From positions 1-64,000 of IMG/VR virus record IMGVR_UViG_3300028115_001312: 64,000 nucleotides of DNA; one strand, 5' to 3'. Both the position numbers and the translations under genes were made by a program. The notes beneath the pieces were generated by a model, which saw only the letters and a program-made list of their open reading frames with translations, was not told the DNA's origin and did not search any database. Of the stretch, positions 9,006-18,548 are shown piece by piece (position 1 is the stretch's first letter; each line of letters opens with the position of its first letter). The DNA comes from an uncultured virus (IMG/VR IMGVR_UViG_3300028115_001312) (lineage: Duplodnaviria > Heunggongvirae > Uroviricota > Caudoviricetes).

Positions 9006-10428
9006 AATCGATTTTTCCTTTCTTTATAAAACTATATGCAAAGATACCTATAATAAAAATAACTAATACCATAAATATCGGTCTTGTAATTAAACTTTCA
9101 ATGTCATACAAAGCAAACATCTGTATGGAAAGTTTTTCTATTTTTTCGGATAATATAAATCCTATTAGTAGAGCAGGTCTACTAAATTTGTAATGTCTGC
9201 AAACAAATCCTATGCAGGAAAATACAGCTAACATTACAAAATCTTCCCAGCCTCCTGTATACTGCATACTACTCCATACAATTACTGCTAGTAAAATAGG
9301 AAAATAATATTTGTAAGGGACACTGGTAATATAACTAATTGGCTTTATTAAAAATATACACAATATTGCAACTATAACTGTTGCACTTAAAAAGCCAAAT
9401 GTCATACTTGTAAAAAATTCTGTGTCGTAGGCTAAATCTGGTGTGCCTAATTCAAAATTTAGATACATAAACAAACTCATTAAAACTGCCGCAAACGGTG
9501 CACCTGGTATACCAAATAAAACTGTTGGAATCATACTTGTTGCTTTCTGTGCATTATTAGCACCTTCTGGTCCTATAACACCTTTAATATTGCCGTTACC
9601 AAAACGTTCATTTGGATTACTAGCGACTGCACTTCCGTATGCCATCCAATCTGCCATAGCACCTCCTAGTCCAGGCAGTAAACCTATAAAAGCACCAATA
9701 AAACCGCCTCGTAGTCCTAACCAACGATTACGCCAAAATTCTTTGACACCTTCTGTTAATTCGCTTTTTACAATAGTGGCAGTCTTAGTTCTATTGAACA
9801 GTCCTTTAATTAATTCTGGAATAGCAAATAGTCCTGCAACTACTGGCATAAGTTGTATACCATCTTCTAAATAAAACCAACTACCAGTAAAACGTGGCTC
9901 ATTTGTTTCTGGGTTAACTCCTACCATGCCTAAAAATATACCAATACAAATTGCACACAAACTACGGAACCAAAATTTTGTACTTATAAATCCAACTGTT
10001 GCTAGTGCAAGTACAGTAAATGCCCAAAGTTCAGGTACACCAATAATCATCAATAAGTTTGTATACCAAGGTAATAATAAGAACACTAAACAACCCCAAA
10101 TTAAACCATTTACTGTTGAAGTGGTAACGGCGGCACTGATTGCATAACTTGCTCTGCCTTGTTGTGCAAGTGGAAAGCCATCTACCATAGTAGCAGCGGC
10201 ACTGTTTGCTCCTGGTATTCCTAACAATATTGAAGTAAAACTATCGCCTGTGGTACTAGCAGCAACCACTGCCATTAAGAATACTACACCTAAATATGGT
10301 TCATGAACAAAGTAACTGATAAAACCAAACAGTGCAACCAAACCTGTAGTAGCACCTGCACTAGGTATTATGCCTATTAGTAATCCATATAGTACGCCAG
10401 CCATTAAAGCTGTAATCATTTCAATCAT
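8998..10428 (-). CDS. tctA: Tripartite tricarboxylate transporter permease TctA
   Basis: SILLGIPG...T..DGFPLAQQGRA, GLFAIPE, GLLPGLG, PEGANNA, GIPG repeats; many TM helices. Confidence 0.9.
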   Translation of the reverse strand: MIEMITALMAGVLYGLLIGIIPSAGATTGLVALFGFISYFVHEPYLGVVFLMAVVAASTTGDSFTSILLGIPGANSAAATMVDGFPLAQQGRASYAISAAVTTSTVNGLIWGCLVFLLLPWYTNLLMIIGVPELWAFTVLALATVGFISTKFWFRSLCAICIGIFLGMVGVNPETNEPRFTGSWFYLEDGIQLMPVVAGLFAIPELIKGLFNRTKTATIVKSELTEGVKEFWRNRWLGLRGGFIGAFIGLLPGLGGAMADWMAYGSAVASNPNERFGNGNIKGVIGPEGANNAQKATSMIPTVLFGIPGAPFAAVLMSLFMYLNFELGTPDLAYDTEFFTSMTFGFLSATVIVAILCIFLIKPISYITSVPYKYYFPILLAVIVWSSMQYTGGWEDFVMLAVFSCIGFVCRHYKFSRPALLIGFILSEKIEKLSIQMFALYDIESLITRPIFMVLVIFIIGIFAYSFIKKGKIDYA

Positions 10429-10436
10429 AGAGAATC

Positions 10437-10519
10437 CACAGTCGCATACATGCGAATGTGCCTTAAAAATTTCCGGGAGTCTACAACTGAACTTCTTTAC
10501 ATTCGAGCGTTAGTTGTAG
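10437..10519 (-). promoter_or_regulatory. Structured 5' leader of tctA (candidate cis-regulatory RNA)
   Basis: Stems CTACAACT/AGTTGTAG and CACA-TCGCAT/ATGCGA-TGTG plus a 7-nt loop complement; TAAATA at 10528-10533. Confidence 0.4.
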
Positions 10520-10526
10520 TATGTTT

Positions 10527-10895
10527 TTATTTATGTTCTTTCCAGACAGATTCAAACTTTTCTGAAGTACGAGGTAAACGTTCACAGTTTCCCCAAAGTC
10601 TTGCGGTATAATTATCAACCATTCTATCTACGTCTTTTTGGCTCCAACTATCAGGTATAAGTTGTCCTTTTACTGCAAAGTATAGTTCATTTGCATCTTT
10701 CCATTTTTGTGCAAAATCTTTTTCCCAATAAGCACGACCACCGTCCCATAGTGTTTTTAACCCAAATCCACATTTTAGTTGATAAATTTGTGATCCATCT
10801 GCATCATATTCCCATAGTCTATCATCTGGGGATAAGCCTACGTTTGTATATTTCTTTTGGAATATTTCCCACTTCATTACTGTTTTGTCCTCCAA
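10527..10895 (-). CDS. Hypothetical protein
   Basis: 122 aa ORF overlapping the upstream gene. Confidence 0.65.
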   Translation of the reverse strand: MEDKTVMKWEIFQKKYTNVGLSPDDRLWEYDADGSQIYQLKCGFGLKTLWDGGRAYWEKDFAQKWKDANELYFAVKGQLIPDSWSQKDVDRMVDNYTARLWGNCERLPRTSEKFESVWKEHK

Positions 10896-11560
10896 ACGAA
10901 GTACAGTCGATTTTTATGACTGTCTGTACGTAGATCCAATATGTCTACACCTAGTTGATTAGCACAATTTACTACAAAGTTGGCGTCCCAGGGATAAAAA
11001 CTAATCCAGTTTGATTCTGTTTTATCATGTGGCAGTCCTGGATTTGCTCTAAAGAATAGTACTGCACCTGGATTGCACAAACTCACTGCATGTTCTAGCT
11101 CAGCAAATATTTTATCTGTACTACCAAAATTTATACTTCCTAGTGCTAGTATTGCATCAAAACGTTCTTCTGGATAGTAATCTAATAGTTTGATTTGTAA
11201 ATCAGCACGATCATTATATGGATCAATCCCTATAATATTGTCTATCTTGCCTTTGAACTCATGGTATCCACATCCAATATCTAGAACATGTCTTGGTTTC
11301 AGTTTGTTTATTTCATCTATTAGTGCTGGACCACTGTATTTGTATTTTGACATTTCTCCTTGCCAAACATTGGCAAAATAATGTCCCAACACTTTATCAT
11401 CAATTCTATCTACTAGTTGTCCAATGTTTTCGTACTCAACATCTTCTACAGTTACATTAAATGTGGCCTGTATTGCTTGACGCATGGTATTTGGATTTCG
11501 TAGAAGTTGAGGTGATACGTGTATCATCTGTTCTAGTTTGTTAAGGATTTTATGATTCAT
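10877..11560 (-). CDS. Class I SAM-dependent methyltransferase
   Basis: VLDIGCG, IGIDP, FDAILA, NPGAVL motifs. Confidence 0.82.
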   Translation of the reverse strand: MNHKILNKLEQMIHVSPQLLRNPNTMRQAIQATFNVTVEDVEYENIGQLVDRIDDKVLGHYFANVWQGEMSKYKYSGPALIDEINKLKPRHVLDIGCGYHEFKGKIDNIIGIDPYNDRADLQIKLLDYYPEERFDAILALGSINFGSTDKIFAELEHAVSLCNPGAVLFFRANPGLPHDKTESNWISFYPWDANFVVNCANQLGVDILDLRTDSHKNRLYFVWRTKQ

Positions 11561-12090
11561 GGTTTACCTTTATATGTAGTAATGAAAATATCACTGTGTT
11601 TATGATGTTGTTTCCATTGTAACTTATGTTTCTGAGCAAAGTCAAGTATAAGTTGATTTTGTTCACATATTCTTTCCCACATAGTATCTATATTTTCATA
11701 CCATTCATAGTTAGGATATGTAATTGTAAAACCTCCGGCTTGTAACCACCAATCCATACTAGGTTGGTCTGCTCTATATATTAGTTGTATCCAAGCATCT
11801 GGATATTGATATTGTATTTCTGAAAAATAATATGGCCACTCATGACTCATTAGTAATTTAGTACCTGTACCTGAAAAAGGTGCATATAGGTTGCTTGCAA
11901 ATAAACTACAATCAAACTCCATGCCTGTGCCAAAATAAGCATCTCGATGTCCTGAGAATTTATTGTGTGTATAAACTCTATGTGGCGCTCTGTCTGTTGT
12001 ATCGTAAGCTGGGTCTTGTTTGATCTCCTGTGCAATACCACTCCAACGACTGCCTGGCACACCTGTAAAAAATATTAATTCTGGAAGCAT
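11557..12090 (-). CDS. P-loop/sulfotransferase-like protein
   Basis: FFTGVPGSRWS resembles a P-loop/PAPS-binding start; K/S-H and IYR elements follow. Confidence 0.45.
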   Translation of the reverse strand: MLPELIFFTGVPGSRWSGIAQEIKQDPAYDTTDRAPHRVYTHNKFSGHRDAYFGTGMEFDCSLFASNLYAPFSGTGTKLLMSHEWPYYFSEIQYQYPDAWIQLIYRADQPSMDWWLQAGGFTITYPNYEWYENIDTMWERICEQNQLILDFAQKHKLQWKQHHKHSDIFITTYKGKP

Positions 12091-12246
12091 AAAATTATTT
12101 ATCCATTATATACGTATATAACTAATATATGGTATTATATCTACTAATAGTGTGATTTAAATACAGTTAGGAAAGGGAGGCAAGAGTCTTCATGAATCAA
12201 TTAAAAAATTTGCTTCTCTATAACATTAACAGGAGATAGCAAATAA

Positions 12247-12990
12247 ATGGCTAGAAAAAACCGTAAGCAGAGACATAGACACGAAACTCATGCTGAATAC
12301 ATCAATAATAACGTTCACTACCTACCACAAGCACAAAAACAAAAACAAGTCCATATACATGGTCGCAACCCAAATCAAAAAGATTACATACAAAAACTAT
12401 TAGATCCGACGCAAACAATTATATTTGCTACAGGACCTGCTGGTACAGGTAAGACAATGTTAGCAGTGTTGGCGGCAGTGAAAGCACTAAAAGAGCAGAC
12501 TATAGATAGGTTAATTATTACGAGACCTGCAGTTGGTGTAGATGATGAAAAACACGGATTTTTACCTGGCGATTTAAATGCAAAAATGGAACCCTGGACA
12601 AAGCCTATATTTGATGTAGTAAGAGAATATTATACTGCAAAACAAATACAAACTATGATTACAGAGGGTATAATAGAAGTTAGTCCACTTGCTTTTATGA
12701 GAGGACGTACATTTAAAAATGCATTTGTTATCGCAGACGAGATGCAAAATGCTACACCTAGTCAAATGAAGATGTTACTCACTCGTATAGGTGATGACAG
12801 TAGAATGGTTGTTACAGGTGATATAGCACAAACAGATCGTAAAGAGTATGAAAATGGCTTATTAGATTTTCAAAAGTTATACGATGCTTATTTAGACAGT
12901 GAATATATATCTGTAAGTAAATTTGATCACGAAGATATCGAAAGACATCCTGCAGTTGCAGAAGTTTTAGACATCTACGGCGATAAATAA
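12247..12990 (+). CDS. phoH: PhoH-family ATPase
   Basis: GPAGTGKT, TRPAV, GFLPGDL, LAFMRGRTF, DEMQN, GDIAQ. Confidence 0.95.
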   Translation: MARKNRKQRHRHETHAEYINNNVHYLPQAQKQKQVHIHGRNPNQKDYIQKLLDPTQTIIFATGPAGTGKTMLAVLAAVKALKEQTIDRLIITRPAVGVDDEKHGFLPGDLNAKMEPWTKPIFDVVREYYTAKQIQTMITEGIIEVSPLAFMRGRTFKNAFVIADEMQNATPSQMKMLLTRIGDDSRMVVTGDIAQTDRKEYENGLLDFQKLYDAYLDSEYISVSKFDHEDIERHPAVAEVLDIYGDK

Positions 12991-13027
12991 TGGTGTTATA
13001 ACATTTTTAAAACCGGAGACTTAATTC

Positions 13028-13558
13028 ATGGATTATAAATTTGCACTAAGGTGTTGGCAAGATAAAGAAGGCAGCGAAAATGCTAAAATAAATGTCTTCG
13101 TAAATGATACTCAAATATTAACAGAAGCAGAAGTTTCTGCTGAATCACGTGATACACCAAGTATTGTTTCTTTTGATGCTACAGGACTACCTGATCCTAA
13201 TAGTGATGGAAGTGTGACATGTACTATTAAAGTAGTTTTAGTAAATGATTATTATGTAGATTCAGATACTGATAGAAATGTACATATAAATGGTATAAGA
13301 TATATTACTAAAGACACAGATGGAATTTTTAAAGCATATAATGGGACAACTGATGTTACAGTTACTGATTTTACAAATTATGATAATTTTCAGGGAAGAA
13401 CTATACCAACTAATGTTACAGGAGATCAAATTCCTGCAGACTGGAACGAAAGTTCTGGGGATTTTTATGATATTATCGTTTGGGGTGGCGATGATGGTGT
13501 TGTTATTACATGTCCTTTAATAGCATTATTCCGTGCACCTAATGGGTTTTTAGAATAA
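13028..13558 (+). CDS. Beta-rich protein with carbohydrate-binding-module-like segment
   Basis: NDYY..DRNVHINGI resembles the ND..DRNL motif of Ca-dependent CBMs; GGAG SD. Confidence 0.45.
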   Translation: MDYKFALRCWQDKEGSENAKINVFVNDTQILTEAEVSAESRDTPSIVSFDATGLPDPNSDGSVTCTIKVVLVNDYYVDSDTDRNVHINGIRYITKDTDGIFKAYNGTTDVTVTDFTNYDNFQGRTIPTNVTGDQIPADWNESSGDFYDIIVWGGDDGVVITCPLIALFRAPNGFLE

Positions 13559-13565
13559 GAAAAAT

Positions 13566-13642
13566 TGGTGCACCAGGAAGGATTCGAACCTCCGACCCTC
13601 GGTTTCGTAGACCGATGCTCTATCCAGCTGAGCTACTGGTGC
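13566..13642 (-). tRNA. tRNA-Arg (ACG)
   Basis: GCACCAG acceptor stem, anticodon arm TCGGT-CTACGAA-ACCGA, GTTCGAATC T loop, encoded CCA. Confidence 0.95.
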
Positions 13643-13648
13643 TAAATT

Positions 13649-14008
13649 TTATTCGTGTTCGCCACCTGGATCATTTTTATCCAGTATGACTTTTTTACCG
13701 TTTACCCACATATAGCCTCTGCTTCTGCTAGGTGTATGGTACCTTTTATCTAAAAAGAATGTAGGACGTCTTTTGGCTAATTCAAACGTGCCCACTGTGA
13801 TTACTATTCCTGCAAGCAGTAGACTATGAGCAACTGCACTGTATGCAAACACTGTAATACTACCTATACTCATTGAAAAAATAATACACCACATCCATGC
13901 TAATACCTGCATTACCATGTGTCTAGTGTTTAGATCAGGAATATTAGCCAGTGGATTACGTTTATCATTCATCACTGCATTCCAACAGTCTGCAATAAAT
14001 TTGTTCAT
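13649..14008 (-). CDS. Hypothetical membrane protein
   Basis: Two TM segments; AAGGA SD. Confidence 0.65.
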   Translation of the reverse strand: MNKFIADCWNAVMNDKRNPLANIPDLNTRHMVMQVLAWMWCIIFSMSIGSITVFAYSAVAHSLLLAGIVITVGTFELAKRRPTFFLDKRYHTPSRSRGYMWVNGKKVILDKNDPGGEHE

Positions 14009-14018
14009 AATGTATTCC

Positions 14019-14600
14019 TTATACTAAGTTCTTATTTACATAGTTGTATATATCTTTCCAATTTTTCATTAATGGAAAGTCTTTATCATGCATATTAAAA
14101 CCATGCTCCATTAGCAACGGTTTCATTCCTTGCTTTAATCCTGCTAAACAATTCTCAGGCTTATCTTCTACCCAAAAGTAACCACTGTCTTTGTAAACTG
14201 AAAGTGCATCATCTTTATCTGCACCAGTGCCTATACAAGTTACAACACTGAATGTATCTTTTCCAAAAAGTTTTGCTAAGTTCATCTTCCTTAGTTTCTG
14301 TGCATATTTGTTTGTTGACAAACTTGTAACACAATGAAAGTCCCAACCTTCTTCAGCCATCTTTGTAACATATTGTACTGCATCTCTAAGTGGAGGAAGG
14401 TAACCAATTGCTGCACTTTCATTAAACTGTTTAATAAGTTTCTTACCTTGTGTTTTATCTACACCGTATCTTTCACCAATGTTGTAAATTAAATTACTAT
14501 CTTTTACTCTCTTAAATCCAAGTTCTGCCATAAAAATATCAAAGGCATATTCCCAATTACATATTACTCCATCACAATCTACAACTATCGTCTTTTTCAT
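14019..14600 (-). CDS. HAD-family 5'(3')-nucleotidase-like protein
   Basis: DCDGV motif I, VTS, K, VEDKPEN motif IV. Confidence 0.8.
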   Translation of the reverse strand: MKKTIVVDCDGVICNWEYAFDIFMAELGFKRVKDSNLIYNIGERYGVDKTQGKKLIKQFNESAAIGYLPPLRDAVQYVTKMAEEGWDFHCVTSLSTNKYAQKLRKMNLAKLFGKDTFSVVTCIGTGADKDDALSVYKDSGYFWVEDKPENCLAGLKQGMKPLLMEHGFNMHDKDFPLMKNWKDIYNYVNKNLV

Positions 14601-14628
14601 CTTCTCTCCGTTTTCTAACTATATTATT

Positions 14629-14656
14629 ACTATAGCACCTTTTTATGTTTTGTCAA
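14629..14656 (-). promoter_or_regulatory. sigma70-type (early) promoter
   Basis: TTGACA-N16-TATAGT with TG extension. Confidence 0.65.
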
Positions 14657-14949
14657 CCTTTTATTTGCGAAACAATATAACGAGTGTATATTTCTAAAGT
14701 ATTACAATCTGCTCTTACAAATTCGTCTCCCATACCTCGTAGAGTCCATCCGCCAACTTGATTTGGATTATTCCATGTTTGATAGTTGTTAACAAGATCT
14801 TTGATTAGTTGTTCACTAGCTTCATAATCTTCTGCTTCTCCTTTTGTATAAAAGATTTTCCCGTCACTTGTTTGGTAAGCTGGCATACTAATTTGTTTAA
14901 CACCTGTAGAGTTGTTGTCGTTTTCAAAAAGATCTAGAATTTGTCCCAT
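14653..14949 (-). CDS. Hypothetical protein
   Basis: AAGGA SD; 98 aa. Confidence 0.6.
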   Translation of the reverse strand: MGQILDLFENDNNSTGVKQISMPAYQTSDGKIFYTKGEAEDYEASEQLIKDLVNNYQTWNNPNQVGGWTLRGMGDEFVRADCNTLEIYTRYIVSQIKG

Positions 14950-14993
14950 TTTATTTTCCTTTAGGTTTGTTAAAGTTTAATAGTAGTGTCTTA

Positions 14994-15659
14994 TTATGCT
15001 TTGTCAACTGTTTTAACATAATTTAATACAGTTTCATTGCCTCTATGAAACTTACTCTTCTGATGTCTTTTTACTTTGCCTTTTATTTTACAACTGGTAC
15101 CCCAATGTTCAGCAGGATGTTTTGTAAAGAAGCAAACTAAGTTACCATCTATCTCTCCATTGACAACATGACATTGTAAACTCTGTATAAAACTACAATT
15201 AAGCACATTTAGTGTACCTGTGAAATCTTGATTTACTACACCTACAAATGTACTGTTAACACTTAAACTTCTTATAGTTTGATCTGTAGCATCTCTCTTA
15301 ATACTTCTAAAATAGGCTTTAGGTAAACTTGCTACAACACCTATATCTCGCATTGTAACTTCACCAGTGTTAATTACATTGAGAACACGTTGCTCAAACT
15401 CATTTATTTTACCACCCAGTGCTTTAAAAGTTAATCCTTTGTAATATGTAATAACTTTATCTGCAAGTTCTGCACAGTCTTCAGCAACAAAATCCACAAA
15501 TGCCATTCTAAAATCATCTAATAGTCCTAAATGACTCTGTATTATAATTTTATTACTAGCAGGTCCATCTGTAACATATTTTTCGTTATTTTGCTTAAAT
15601 GCAGCCACTGCATAAGTCATTACAGTTTTAATATCAAAAATAGTATCGAATTTCTTCAT
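14994..15659 (-). CDS. Hypothetical protein, possible C-terminal OB fold
   Basis: AGGAGG SD; KIKGKVKRH...ETVLNYVK ending suggests an OB fold. Confidence 0.6.
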   Translation of the reverse strand: MKKFDTIFDIKTVMTYAVAAFKQNNEKYVTDGPASNKIIIQSHLGLLDDFRMAFVDFVAEDCAELADKVITYYKGLTFKALGGKINEFEQRVLNVINTGEVTMRDIGVVASLPKAYFRSIKRDATDQTIRSLSVNSTFVGVVNQDFTGTLNVLNCSFIQSLQCHVVNGEIDGNLVCFFTKHPAEHWGTSCKIKGKVKRHQKSKFHRGNETVLNYVKTVDKA

Positions 15660-15695
15660 CTGCTTGGTCCTCCTAGTTAAATACTTTATACTTAC

Positions 15696-15723
15696 ATAAT
15701 AACATAGATGAACAACTTGTCAA
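15696..15723 (-). promoter_or_regulatory. sigma70-type promoter
   Basis: TTGACA-N16-TATTAT with TG extension. Confidence 0.6.
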
Positions 15724-16334
15724 CCTATAATTGGAAAAGATTTAGAGAATATACTGTAGACCGTATACGTAATAGTACTGTTGATTGGGAACCTTATTGG
15801 CATGTTGTAATTGAAAATACACTACATCCTGAACTTTTTGCTCTTGTAGAACAACAATGGCCAGATTTTAAGAGTATAGATTACAATAAAAATCCAGACG
15901 GTTTCAATCAAAACAGAAAATACACACCTTTAGAAACTAGACGTGATTTGCCTTTTTGGCAGGACTATTATAAAAACATAATTGATCATCCTGATATAAT
16001 AGATGCAGTATATAGTTTGGAAAGTTTAGAAAATAATTGCTCTGGAACAACAAGTAGCCTATGGGAAGATTATAGAGGATATGGTGTAAAGAACCATTAT
16101 GATGGTTATACTATAAGTGTTGCTTGGCAATCATATGTTTATTGTGATGGCGGAGAACGCTGGGGAACTAGCATAAATGATGAACACGGAAACGAAATAA
16201 AAAGGTTTCCTTTTAGACCTAATTTATCCTGGTTAATGAGAGTTGATGCAACTAGTTGGCACAGTTGTGATGAAATAGAATGTGACTTACGTAGAAGTAT
16301 AATGGTACGTTTTATGTGTAAGGATAGAGGCTAA
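15708..16334 (+). CDS. 2OG-Fe(II) oxygenase
   Basis: HYD, GTS, PFRPN, SWHS, RRS motifs. Confidence 0.7.
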   Translation: MNNLSTYNWKRFREYTVDRIRNSTVDWEPYWHVVIENTLHPELFALVEQQWPDFKSIDYNKNPDGFNQNRKYTPLETRRDLPFWQDYYKNIIDHPDIIDAVYSLESLENNCSGTTSSLWEDYRGYGVKNHYDGYTISVAWQSYVYCDGGERWGTSINDEHGNEIKRFPFRPNLSWLMRVDATSWHSCDEIECDLRRSIMVRFMCKDRG

Positions 16335-17254
16335 TTAATCTGACTTAATTCTACTAATGTTGCAGATAAGTTTATTTCCTGATCTGCAACCATTGGAATG
16401 TTTCTTAGACCTTTTGCAATAATTAGTATTGCAGCATCCTGTTGTTCTTGTGTCTCTCCCCACAGTTGCAAATTGTCATACATCCATCTAAACAGTTCAT
16501 CCATTTCTTCTGGACGCACCTGACTACATAACATTTTACGAGCTTCTAATATTTTGCCTTGCTTGAACAAATCAACTACTGCAAGTTTATAATCAGCAGT
16601 CGCACTGTCTCCCTCGTTTGGCTTTATAAGTTTACCATCAACAGTATTCATTTGACATAAGTTCAAGCATTTACGTAAGTCAGGATACGTTGCTTTTACA
16701 TAACTGTCCAGTGTATCAATATCTATCTCAACACCTTCTTCAACACATACTGTTGCAATTCTCGCAGTAAACTCTGTGTGATCAATCTTTTCAATATGAA
16801 AGCCTTGACACCTGCTATGGAGTGCAGGTATTATTTTATTAGGGTAATTACAAGTTAGTATAAATCTACTGCTACTTGCATATGTCTCCATAACACCACG
16901 TAATGCCGCCTGACCATTAGGTGATATATAATCTGCTTCATCTAATAGTACAACTTTAAATTCACCAAAAGGCATTGTTTGTACAAAGTTTGTAATTTTA
17001 TCTCTTACATTTTCAACACTATTTTCACGACTAGCATTTATTTCCAGTACATCATATTCATCTATATCTAGCATGTTTATTAAAACTTTTGCTAGTGTAG
17101 TTTTACCTGTACCAGGTGCACCACTAAACAATAAATGAGGTATTGCCTTACTATCTACCCAACCTTGTACTTGTTTACGTTGTGCATCATCTCTGAACAC
17201 ATAGTCAGCAATAGTTTTAGGGCGATACTTTTCAGTCCATAGTTCTTTCATCAT
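16331..17254 (-). CDS. Clamp loader / RFC small-subunit-like ATPase (T4 gp44-like)
   Basis: WTEKYRP, GAPGTGKT, EINAS, LDEAD, SRC motif. Confidence 0.93.
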   Translation of the reverse strand: MMKELWTEKYRPKTIADYVFRDDAQRKQVQGWVDSKAIPHLLFSGAPGTGKTTLAKVLINMLDIDEYDVLEINASRENSVENVRDKITNFVQTMPFGEFKVVLLDEADYISPNGQAALRGVMETYASSSRFILTCNYPNKIIPALHSRCQGFHIEKIDHTEFTARIATVCVEEGVEIDIDTLDSYVKATYPDLRKCLNLCQMNTVDGKLIKPNEGDSATADYKLAVVDLFKQGKILEARKMLCSQVRPEEMDELFRWMYDNLQLWGETQEQQDAAILIIAKGLRNIPMVADQEINLSATLVELSQIN

Positions 17255-17266
17255 ATACCTATTATA

Positions 17267-17806
17267 TTATATTTTTTCGTAAAGGTCAAAATCTTCTTTG
17301 TATAAAGATTCAACACCAGACTCTTCAATGAATAGTGTTATCAGTGCAATTAGTTCTGGATCAGCATTTTCTGGATATAGTTCAAATTTTTCATATCCAT
17401 TTTTTACTGCCCAATTGCTAAAGTCATCTAATTTTATAAACTTCCAATTGATATTCTTATAACGTTCACTTGCACTAGTTTGTGTTTGTAGATGCACTGG
17501 ATTTATATTATACCAATCTTTAGGTTCATCTTCCAGTGTTTCAGTCATTAGTTCTTCAGTATCATTCCATTCAGATAATAGTTCTTTACCATGTGCAGTT
17601 GCAAATCTTTTTGTTACTGTTTGTATCTGTTTAGGTAATCTACCATTAGGATTTCGTACAAGATAAATTGCATCTGCATTTTCAATTTTTTTAACATCTG
17701 CATCACCTAATTGTACAAAGCCATTTGCTTCACCCCAATTAATGATACTTCTTCTAGCACATTTAGGACTAGTCCCTATCAGATGTGTTCCGTTCCATAT
17801 TACCAT
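17267..17806 (-). CDS. Sulfotransferase-family-like protein
   Basis: PKCARRS, VRNP..R, H..Q and Y..DF pattern. Confidence 0.5.
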   Translation of the reverse strand: MVIWNGTHLIGTSPKCARRSIINWGEANGFVQLGDADVKKIENADAIYLVRNPNGRLPKQIQTVTKRFATAHGKELLSEWNDTEELMTETLEDEPKDWYNINPVHLQTQTSASERYKNINWKFIKLDDFSNWAVKNGYEKFELYPENADPELIALITLFIEESGVESLYKEDFDLYEKI

Positions 17807-17948
17807 TTGTTAATTCTGCAATACGCCTATATAAACTATAAACTTGATCTTGCAGTTCCTTTACGTCATGTCTTAATAATCGATTTTCTTCTTGCATTGC
17901 TAAAGAATGTTTACGCCATTCTTCTGCTTTTGTCATCAAGTGGTTCAT
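17769..17948 (-). CDS. Small coiled-coil protein, 59 aa
   Basis: GGAGG SD; MNHLMTKAEEW..ENRLLRHDVKELQDQV (manual translation). Confidence 0.55.
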   Translation of the reverse strand: MNHLMTKAEEWRKHSLAMQEENRLLRHDVKELQDQVYSLYRRIAELTNGNMERNTSDRD

Positions 17949-18332
17949 TTATACCTCCAGTTTTCCTACACTAACTTTACCTTGATACTCTTGTGTTTGG
18001 TGACCAGCACTTGCTTTATAGATGCTTTGTGGTTCTTCGTCTTGTATACCTAACACATCATTTGGATCCACTGTTCTAACAGTTTCACCATTTAGTTCAA
18101 ACCCACGACTCCAACGTCCATGAGCAACTAATACGTATTGTCCTACACTAACATCTTGTTGTTCAGGTCCAATTGCAATTACTTTACCCCAACGAGGATG
18201 AATACCGCCTGACTTCCCGTCATCACTTAATATAATGATTCCGCCTTCAGTACGTTGTTCACCAAATTCCATGTTGTTTACAAGTATTCCATCTCTAAGA
18301 GGCTTAAATGTACCTGTAGTTTTTGTTATCAT
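17949..18332 (-). CDS. groES: Co-chaperonin GroES
   Basis: KPLRDGILV, TEGGII, GKVIAIGP, VSVG, DVLG. Confidence 0.85.
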   Translation of the reverse strand: MITKTTGTFKPLRDGILVNNMEFGEQRTEGGIIILSDDGKSGGIHPRWGKVIAIGPEQQDVSVGQYVLVAHGRWSRGFELNGETVRTVDPNDVLGIQDEEPQSIYKASAGHQTQEYQGKVSVGKLEV

Positions 18333-18341
18333 TAATTACTC

Positions 18342-18548
18342 CTAGTTCTTATTGTGTGGTGGCATTTTTGTTTCTATAAACCAAACATGCTTACGTAATC
18401 CAGGATGATACTTTTTCATTCTTAGTTTTTTACCTTCACGTATCATACTAATACTTTTACGATGAATAAAATGATGAGTTGCATTGTCTCTAGTCTCACC
18501 TTCTGGAACCATCCATGCTTTACTGTCTTTATTCTTTTTTACTGCCAT
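18342..18548 (-). CDS. rpmG: Ribosomal protein bL33-like
   Basis: KKLRMKKYHPGLRKHVWFIETK matches the Zn-free L33 C-terminal signature (KKYDP..RKHV.F.E.K). Confidence 0.75.
   Translation of the reverse strand: MAVKKNKDSKAWMVPEGETRDNATHHFIHRKSISMIREGKKLRMKKYHPGLRKHVWFIETKMPPHNKN

Noticed and set aside
11850..12062. +1-frame ORF inside 11557-12090 (similarly 13320-13520 and 46997-47311)
   Set aside because: No SD before the start and no clear codon-usage shift, unlike the nested ORFs reported.
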